Shown one piece after another: positions 24,277 through 32,968 of a DNA stretch of 32,968 nt (the first letter of the stretch is position 1; each line of letters starts with the position of its first letter). The translations under genes were made by a program, and so were the position numbers. Where the stretch lies: positions 1-32,968 of the forward strand of contig NIVC01000331.1 in NCBI GenBank assembly GCA_002269645.1. Direction: 5' to 3'. Below the pieces are notes generated by a model that was not told the DNA's origin, searched no databases, and saw only the letters and a program-made list of their open reading frames with translations. Source of the DNA: Macrostomum lignano (lineage: Eukaryota).

Positions 24277-24560
24277 TTGACTTGACCCCTTCGTGTCCTG
24301 ACTTGACTCCTTCGTGCTCTGACTTGACCCCTTTGTGCTCTGACTTGACCCCTTCGTGTCCTGACTTGACCCCTTCGTGCTGACTTGACCCCTTTATGTT
24401 CTGACTTGACCCCTTCGTGCTGACTTGACTCCTTCGTGTTCTGACTTGACCCCTTCGTGCTCTGACTTGACCCCTTCGTGTTATGACTTGACCCCTTCGT
24501 GCTGACTTGACCCTTCGTGCTCTGACAAAAACCCTTTTGTGTCCTGAGATGACCTCCTCA
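24277..24560. repeat. 21-bp minisatellite GACTTGACCCCTTCGTG(T/C)(C/T)CT, decaying toward about 24750, intronic
   Basis: Direct reading. Confidence 0.9.
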
Positions 24561-24829
24561 TTGTCCTTAGTTGACCCTTCTATATCTTAATTTGACTCAT
24601 GTGTCCTGAATTGACCTTTTCATGCCACAATTTAATCCATTTATACTCGTATCTTGGGTCGACCCAGTCATGCTCTGATTTGACCTCTTCATATGTACCG
24701 GTATTAGATATACATCCTTGTGTCCTGAGTTGACCCTTGTGTGTCCCGAGCTGACCCAAACATCTGCTTCGCTACAGAAGGCAAATAAAGTCCAGGCGAA
24801 GGTATTTCCATTGATATAGATCTAGCTAC

Positions 24830-25311
24830 CTCTCGGCCTCTCGCATCAGCCTCAGCCGCACTCCGTGCCATCGGCCGTCGTTCACTCGACGCCGACTGGC
24901 CGCCCACGGCCTGGGCTGCACGCGGCCATTCACCGCCGGGGCCACTTGGAGGGCGCCGTCCTGTCCGAGGCTTATCACAATGTCGCGCAATTGTGGCGCG
25001 TTCGGCGTCCAATGCACGGCGAACACGGGGCCAGGCTGGTTCTGCAGGCTGCGCATGCGGAATTCCAGATCGACGGCGAATGACCGGCCGGCCGGGTCGC
25101 CGCTGGCTGTTGACGCCGGCGACGATTCGTTCAACGACCAGGCAAGGTTGCCAGCGCCTCGAAGGTGCACAACTGTAGCGTTGCTGGCGCAGTCGGCGCC
25201 CGAGTCGTCCGCGCAGGCGCGAGCGTTGGCGCCCGCGTCCTGCTCCAGGCAGATGTAGTGCCCAGTGGGCAGGTGGTGGCAGCGCTGATCTGGCCGGCAG
25301 TTGCAGGCGGC
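24830..25311 (-). CDS. FAT1: FAT-type cadherin exon: EGF-like segment and laminin G domain
   Basis: Acceptor CCTCAG|GCC (phase 0), donor AG|GTAGCT (phase 2); LamG motifs LEFRMR and VNDGRWHGV. Confidence 0.9.
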
Positions 25312-25419
25312 CTGAGGAGGGGTTGAGAATGTTATTGTACTGCTAGTACATGTACACGTTCTGACGCCAAGAGGGTAGCTCACAAAGGTACAAAAAGAAA
25401 GTCACAGAGGCACCAAGAG

Positions 25420-25715
25420 AAGCAGTTCTCAGAGGGCGACAAAAGAAGCAGTTCATAAGGCGCCAAGGGAAAGCAGTTCAAGATAGGCGCCAAGGGAAAG
25501 CAGTTCAAGATAGGCGCCAAGGGAAAGCAGTTCAAGATAGGCGCCAAGGGAAAGCAGTTCAAGATAGGCGCCAAGGGAAAGCAGTTCAAGATAGGCGCCA
25601 AGGGAAAGCAGTTGATAAGGCGCCAAAGGACGCAGTTCAAGATGGCGCCAGCTGAAGCAGTTCAAGATAGGCGCCAAGGGAAGCAGTTCAAGAAGGCGCC
25701 AAGGAAAGCAGTTCA
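25420..25715. repeat. 27-bp minisatellite AGGCGCCAAGGGAAAGCAGTTCAAGAT, intronic
   Basis: Direct reading; source of ORFs 25380..25640 and 25453..25716. Confidence 0.93.
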
Positions 25716-25753
25716 ATGGTCCGTGGCCACAGCATAGGCCTCTAAAGTCTTAC

Positions 25754-26207
25754 CAAGCTCATCTGGCAGGTCCGCCCGGCAAAGCCATCAGTGCAAGCGC
25801 AGTAGGGTGCCAAGCGCACCCTTGGCGACAGGAAGCTGGCGTGAGCGGTCACTACGCGCAGATCGTTGCCAGGCAACGGTTCGGGCACCAGGTGGCACCG
25901 GCCGCCATTCAGACAGGGATTGGTCGGACAGTCGGTCAGGAATGCAACCGGCCGGCCGAGTTTCTCGGACAGGCCGTCTAATTTTAGTCGTTGCAAAGCG
26001 GCCGGACTAATATAGGCGCCAGCACGGGAATCGTACACGGACAGCATCACTAGGAGCGGCTGGTTGCGCGCCACAGGCGGGCTGGTGGCATCGGCGGCGG
26101 CATCAGCTGATCGACGCACCCGCAGCTGCTGATCCTGTTGCTGCACGGTGACTATGTACACGTTGTCAACTGGGAGGCCCAGCGTGGATGAAAAATAGTC
26201 GACCAGA
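25754..26207 (-). CDS. FAT1: FAT-type cadherin exon: membrane-proximal region and first EGF-like domain
   Basis: Acceptor TTTTGCAG|T (phase 2), donor TTG|GTAAGA (phase 0); TAHASFLSPRVRLAPYCAC resembles the FAT1 SFVTPR...CxC segment as recalled. Confidence 0.9.
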
Positions 26208-26301
26208 CTGCAAAAGAGTTCCAGATATGCTACTGTTGAGAAGCTGGTAAGTAGTATAGAGCGATTATTGATGGGTGATTTTGAATAGGATTTAGGGTAG
26301 T

Positions 26302-26625
26302 AGTAGGGTGCAGGGCGATTCTTATAGGGTGCAGGGCGATTCTTAGTAGGGTGCAGGGCGATTCTTAGTAGGGTGCAGGGCGATTCTTAGTAGGGTGCAG
26401 GGCGATTCTTAGTAGGGTGCAGGGCGATTCTTAGTAGGGTGTAAGGCGATTCTTAGTAGGGTGCAGGGCGATTCTTAGTAGGGTGTAGGGCGATTCTTAG
26501 TAGGGTGTAGGGCGATTCTTAGTGGGGTGTCGGGCGATTCTTAGTAGGGTGCAGGGCGATTCTTAGTGGGGTGTTGGGCGATTCTTAGTAGGGTGCAGGG
26601 CGATTCTTAGTAGGGTTTAGGGCGA
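26302..26625. repeat. 22-bp minisatellite GGGTGCAGGGCGATTCTTAGTA, intronic
   Basis: Direct reading. Confidence 0.95.
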
Positions 26626-26685
26626 GTCTGGACTGGCTAAATTTCTATAGGGACCAGGTCGCGCCTGAGGGATCAAGAAACGCAC

Positions 26686-27116
26686 CTGGCGTCCAGCCGG
26701 TTATAAAAGAATGCGTAGGCGCTCTCGTTGGAGATTCTCAGAACGGCCGCGTTGGCAATCATCTTGTCGGTGATCAGATTGACTCGGACTGAGATGTCCT
26801 GCTCCGACTCCAGGCCGTTGTAAGCCGCCCGCACTCTCAGCCGGTAGGTGCCGTGCGGCAAGCTCTCCCGGGTCACGATGGAGCCCTGGCGGGTCAGGCG
26901 AAACAAATCATCGTGGGTCAGCAGGGTCAGCTGTACATCTGCCGGCTTGTGGTGCAGCAGCTGGACATTGCCGATATGTACTGTAGGCTGCAGTCGGTAA
27001 TAGAAATTCGAGGTCATGTTGACCGCTAGAATTTTTGGCGGCACCGAGTCGGCTTTGACAATCCGGATGGAGACGGTGGTGTGGTTGCACCGGATGATGT
27101 CGCCGCTGTCGCACAC
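26686..27116 (-). CDS. FAT1: FAT-type cadherin exon: last, degenerate cadherin repeats
   Basis: Acceptor CCGCAG|GTG (phase 0), donor AG|GTGCGT (phase 2); GTYRLRVRA and ISVRV cadherin strands. Confidence 0.9.
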
Positions 27117-27174
27117 CTGCGGGTGTCAATCGCATTTGATACTTATAGATATCATTTACCTGTGCGATGCTTAT

Positions 27175-27505
27175 GTGACACCTTTATGACTCTCATGTGA
27201 CACCTTCATGACACTCATGTGACACCTTTATGACACTCATGTGACACCTTTACGATACTCATGTGACACCTTTATGACTCTCATGTGACACCTTCATGAC
27301 ACTCATGTGACACCTTTATGACACTCATGTGACACATCTATGATACTCATGTGACACCGTTATGATACTCATCTGACACCTTCATGACACTCATGTGACA
27401 CCTTTATGACACTCATGTGACACATCTATGATACTCATGTGACACCTTTATGATACTCAGGTGACACCATTATGATACTCAGGTGACACCGTTATGACAC
27501 TCATC
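27175..27505. repeat. 22-bp minisatellite GTGACACCTTTATGACACTCAT (two related 11-bp halves), intronic
   Basis: Direct reading. Confidence 0.95.
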
Positions 27506-27523
27506 TAAAACTGCTTAACCTAC

Positions 27524-27712
27524 CTGCACTCTAATCTTCTCCGTGCCGGTGACGTAGCCGCCCCCAGGCTTGGCCCTGACGCGGCCCCGGCTAATGCTGT
27601 AGCGCGGACTGCCGTCTAAAATCGACCAGCTGAACGGCGCCCCGTTGGGCGGCGCGTCGCAGTCGGTGACGCCGATCAAATTGCCGTCCGGCGGAAGGAA
27701 GCTGCCAGTGTC
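27524..27712 (-). CDS. FAT1: FAT-type cadherin exon: cadherin repeat (TDCDAPPNGAPFSWSI)
   Basis: Acceptor TTCTAAAG|GAC and donor CAG|GTAGGT, phase 0/0; NG(P/A)PF motif typical of the late FAT repeats. Confidence 0.92.
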
Positions 27713-27948
27713 CTTTAGAAAAATTTTTTTACAAAACTTTAGCAACTACTACTGACAATGGCATTCCATTAGTAGCATGGTAGGCAAATCATGCACCGAG
27801 CAAAGAAACAACAACCAGACTAATAACCAACAAAACAAGAAAAAGTAAAAACCTTTAATTGTTTAAGTATTGAAATGTGCATGCACTAATCTACTGGTAG
27901 TAAAAAGTTGTGCGTTTTGTCACGGACCTCCGCGATGCATTACTATGG

Positions 27949-28320
<372 letters not shown>

Positions 28321-29158
28321 CAGGACAACAATAAATAAATAAAATGTACAAAAGGTGTATAAAATACTGAAAAACTTTAACTTTTGTATTGCCAGTTTGC
28401 TGATAAATAAAAATTGAAACGACAGTTCCGATAACACTACAACAAGCAGTGCTTTGGTAAATATATTCCGCATATAAATGCAGAGTGCAAAGGCACGTAT
28501 GCTTGCTTAGTGAACTTTCATTCCTAGAAATCGCATTCACCATCACAACAAATTCCATAGACATAAAATGTAATACTTTAAGACACAGACAATACCAATT
28601 AAAATCCATACAACTTCTGCCAAATTCTTACCATATAGGGCTGCTGACTGACATTGCCTCTGTCATCAATCTAGTTTAGATAGTTGCGATAATAAAGATT
28701 CGAATAAGATAGGGTGAAAATCATTTTTCAAAAAGTAAGATAATTTTTTGCGCAACAAACCCATAGGAAACCTGCCAAATGCGCCATTTGAACAAGCCGC
28801 ATGCATACGCGTACAGTAGCTGGGGTTTAAAATGACGCCAACACAACCTCTCTACTACTAGCTGTGTGTTACAAGTTTTCCTAAACCGGGTTGGGGGTTT
28901 CATGAGCAGCAGATAAGAGGCCCAGGAAACCCGACTGACTATATCGTTTGATAATAATTTTCTTATCTAGAGAGCAGCAGATCCACTAGTGCGTTCTGGC
29001 TATTATTATCTATCTGTGCTCTGACTAAACTGCAATTCAAAACTATGCATGGGTTAACGCCTATTACAGATATTTTTAACATGCTTAGTGAACCGTTTTA
29101 GATTATCTGTAAAGCCTTAGAGGGGCTAATTAGAGAGGCCGGCAAGGCCCTTTAGAAC

Positions 29159-30047
29159 TGATTTTCAGAGTGGATTATTGGCGATTCTCAGAGTGGATTA
29201 GAGGCGATTCTCAGAGCGGATTAGAGGCGATTCTCAGAGCGGATTAGGGGCGATTCTCAGAGTGGATTAGAGGCGATTCTCAGAGTGGATTAGGGGCGAT
29301 TCTCAGAGTGGATTAGAGGCGATTCTCAGAGTGGATTAGGGGCGATTCTCAGAGTGGATTAGAGGCGATTCTCAGAGTGGATTAGGTGCGATTCTCAGAG
29401 TAGATTAGAGGCGATTCTCAGAGCGGATTAGGGGCGATTCTCAGAGCGGATTAGGGGCGATTCTTTGAGCGGATTAGAGCCGATTCTCAGAGCGGATTCT
29501 GGCCGATTCTCAGAGTGGATTAGAGGCGATTCTCAGAGTGGATTATATGTGATTCTCAGAGTGGATTAGAGGCGATTCTCAGAGTGGATTAGGGGCGATT
29601 CTTAGAGTGGATTAGAGACGATTCTTAGAGTGGGTTAGGGGCGATTCTCAGAGTGGATTAGAGGCGATTCTCAGAGCGGATTATATGCGATTCTCAGAGC
29701 GGATTAGAGGCGATTCTCAGAGTGGATTAGAGGCGATTCTCAGAGTGGATTAGAGGCGATTCTCAGAGTGGATTATATGTAATTCTGGGAGTGGATTATA
29801 TGTGATTCTCAGAGCGGATTAGAGGCGATTCTCAGAGTGGATTATATGTAATTCTGGGAGTGGATTATATGTGATTCTCAGAGCGGATTAGAGGCGATTC
29901 TCAGAGCGGATTATATGCGATTCTCAGAGCGGATTAGAGAAGATTCTCAGAGCGGATTATATGCGATTCTCAGAGCGGATTAGAGAAGATTCTCAGAGCG
30001 GATTATATACGATTCTCAGAGCGGATTAGAGACGATTCTCAGAGTGG
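29159..30047. repeat. 23-bp minisatellite GGATTAGAGGCGATTCTCAGAG(T/C), about 38 copies, intronic
   Basis: Direct reading; ends about 20 bp from the donor at 30068. Confidence 0.96.
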
Positions 30048-30068
30048 GTTTAGAAAGCAAATTCTTAC

Positions 30069-30568
30069 CTGCAGCACAAACGCGTACTCAGCCCGGTCGA
30101 ACTGAGGCACGCAGTCGTTCACATCCAGCACAGTGATTTTCACCGTGGTGCTGGCCGAAAATGACGTCGAACCGTGATCCGTGGCCATCACGGTGAGGGT
30201 GTACGAGTCCTTCAGCTCCCTGTCCGGGCTGGTGCGAACGACCAGCTGTCCGGAGTTGGTGTCCAAAGCAAACATTCTGTCTGGATCGCCGTCCAGTATT
30301 TTATAGGTGAGCCGGCCATTCTCACCAGAGTCCGCATCGTTTGCCAGCACTTTCACGCTCAGCGGGGTGCCAGGCGGTTCGTTCTCTTTCACTGAGACGC
30401 GAAATCCGTCCGCAGGAAATTCTGGCGCGTTATCGTTCTCGTCGATCACCTTCACCGTGACAACGGCTGTGGCGCTTAGCGGAGGCTCGCCAAGGTCGTA
30501 GGCTTTCACTGTCAGGTAGTACACCTGCTGGCGCTCGTAGTCTAAGGCTGACTTCACTGTCAGGGTGC
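30069..30568 (-). CDS. FAT1: FAT-type cadherin exon: about 1.5 canonical cadherin repeats
   Basis: LDYE, AYDLG, DENDNAPEF, DADSGENG, PDRE, DVNDCVPQF motifs; acceptor ATCCAG|GC (phase 1), donor CAG|GTAAGA (phase 0). The gene continues upstream beyond the window. Confidence 0.96.
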
Positions 30569-30602
30569 CTGGATTGGGTAAGGGGTGGGGGCGGCCGGTA
30601 CT

Positions 30603-32761
30603 GGATCACTGTGAATTAGTCATTCGGTCATTGGACACTATATGCATTGGTCACTGTGAATTAGTCATTCGGTCATTGGACACTATATGCATTGATCACT
30701 GTGAATTAGTCATTCGGTCATTGGACACTATATGCATTGGTCACTGTGAATTAGTCATTCGGTCATTGGACACTATATGCATTGGTCACTGTGAATTAGT
30801 CATTCGGTCATTGGACACTATATGCATCGGTCACTGTGAATTAGTCATTCTGTCACTGGACACTATATGCATTGATCACTGTGAATTAGTCATTCGGTCA
30901 TTGGACACTATATGCATTGGTCACTGTGAATTAGTCATTCTGTCACTGGACACTATATGCATTGATCACTGTGAATTAGTCATTCTGTCACTGGACACTA
31001 TATGCATTGGTCACTGTGAATTAGTCATTCGGTCATTGGACACTATATGCATTGGTCACTGTGAATCAGTCATTCTGTCACTGGACACTATATGCATTGG
31101 TCACTGTAAATCAGTCATTCTGTCACTGGACACTATATGCATCGGTCACTGTGAATTAGTCATTCTGTCACTGGACACTATATGCATTGATCACTGTGAA
31201 TTAGTCATTCGGTCATTGGACACTATATGCATTGGTCACTGTGAATTAGTCATTCGGTCATTGGACACTATATGCATTGGTCACTGTGAATTAGTCATTC
31301 GGTCATTGGACACTATATGCATTGATCACTGTGAATTAGTCATTCGGTCATTGGACACTATATGCATTGGTCACTGTGAATTAGTCATTCGGTCATTGGA
31401 CACTATATGCATTGGTCACTGTGAATTAGTCATTCGGTCATTGGACACTATATGCATTGGTCACTGTGAATCAGTCATTCGGTCATTGGACACTATATGC
31501 ATTGGTCACTGTGAATTAGTCATTCGGTCATTGGACACTATATGCATTGGTCACTGTGAATTAGTCATTCGGTCATTGGACACTATATGCATTGGTCACT
31601 GTGAATTAGTCATTCTGTCACTGGACACTATATGCATTGGTCACTGTGAATTAGTCATTCGGTCATTGGACACTATATGCATTGATCACTGTGAATTAGT
31701 CATTCGGTCATTGGACACTATATGCATTGGTCACTGTGAATTAGTCATTCGGTCATTGGACACTATATGCATTGGTCACTGTGAATTAGTCATTCGGTCA
31801 TTGGACACTATATGCATTGGTCACTGTGAATCAGTCATTCGGTCATTGGACACTATATGCATTGGTCACTGTGAATTAGTCATTCGGTCATTGGACACTA
31901 TATGCATTGGTCACTGTGAATTAGTCATTCGGTCATTGGACACTATATGCATTGGTCACTGTGAATTAGTCATTCGGTCATTGGACACTATATGCATTGG
32001 TCACTGTGAATTAGTCATTCGGTCATTGGACACTATATGCATTGATCACTGTGAATTAGTCATTCGGTCATTGGACACTATATGCATTGATCACTGTGAA
32101 TTAGTCATTCGGTCATTGGACACTATATGCATTGGTCACTGTGAATTAGTCATTCGGTCATTGGACACTATATGCATTGATCACTGTGAATTAGTCATTC
32201 GGTCATTGGACACTATATGCATTGGTCACTGTGAATTAGTCATTCGGTCATTGGACACTATATGCATTGGTCACTGTGAATTAGTCATTCGGTCATTGGA
32301 CACTATATGCATTGATCACTGTGAATTAGTCATTCGGTCATTGGACACTATATGCATTGGTCACTGTGAATTAGTCATTCGGTCATTGGACACTATATGC
32401 ATTGATCACTGTGAATTAGTCATTCGGTCATTGGACACTATATGCATTGGTCACTGTGAATTAGTCATTCGGTCATTGGACACTATATGCATTGGTCACT
32501 GTGAATTAGTCATTCGGTCATTGGACACTATATGCATTGGTCACTGTGAATTAGTCATTCTGTCACTGGACACTATATGCATTGGTCACTGTGAATTAGT
32601 CATTCGGTCATTGGACACTATATGCATTGGTCACTGTGAATTAGTCATTCGGTCATTGGACACTATATGCATTGGTCACTGTGAATTAGTCATTCGGTCA
32701 TTGGACACTATATGCATTGGTCACTGTGAATTAGTCATCGGTCATTGGACACTATATGCAT
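30603..32761. repeat. 45-bp minisatellite CATTGGTCACTGTGAATTAGTCATTCGGTCATTGGACACTATATG, about 48 highly homogeneous copies, intronic
   Basis: Direct reading; produces the 740-codon antisense ORF 30565..32787. Confidence 0.97.
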
Positions 32762-32968
32762 CACTTCAGCTACTAAAGCAGTCATAAGTCATCCCAAATC
32801 GTGACTGACAGCTTTTCTACTATGACATCGGGACACAAGCCGTCGGGTCACGCAGAAGTTGATTGTGGGGGGGGGCACGAATGAACGCGGTACGCGCGCA
32901 CTTTTAATAGCTAGCTCAGGCTACGAGATGGCAATGCTGGGAGAGAGAGAGATGGGGCTGCTACGGCT

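Overview
Eukaryotic (metazoan) genomic DNA, not prokaryotic: GC-rich spliced exons with Ala/Gln/Ser runs, separated by introns packed with mini- and microsatellites. The style resembles the flatworm Macrostomum lignano, but that is inference only. Five genes are supported. (1) The 3' part of a FAT1/2/3-type (Fat-like) atypical cadherin on the minus strand: 7 phase-consistent exons from 30568 to the stop at 19697, encoding cadherin repeats, EGF, LamG, 4 EGF, TM and the YHWDTSDW tail motif. (2) PPP1R2 (protein phosphatase inhibitor-2), 2 exons on plus. (3) A 121-aa four-TM claudin/PMP22-like protein with almost no first extracellular loop, 2 exons on minus. (4) A secreted antistasin-like Cys-rich protein on minus whose second domain is interrupted by an in-frame TGA. 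(5) An unidentified low-complexity gene on minus with candidate alternative first exons. Nearly every intron carries its own private minisatellite that stops just short of the splice signals. Best leads: the in-frame TGA inside an otherwise intact antistasin domain, an unannotated frame-preserving 66-nt cassette exon directly before the FAT GYHWDTSDW motif, and the minisatellite-inflated intron architecture. No rRNA, tRNA, CRISPR array or transposase could be supported. All exon coordinates were derived by hand from splice motifs and reading phase.
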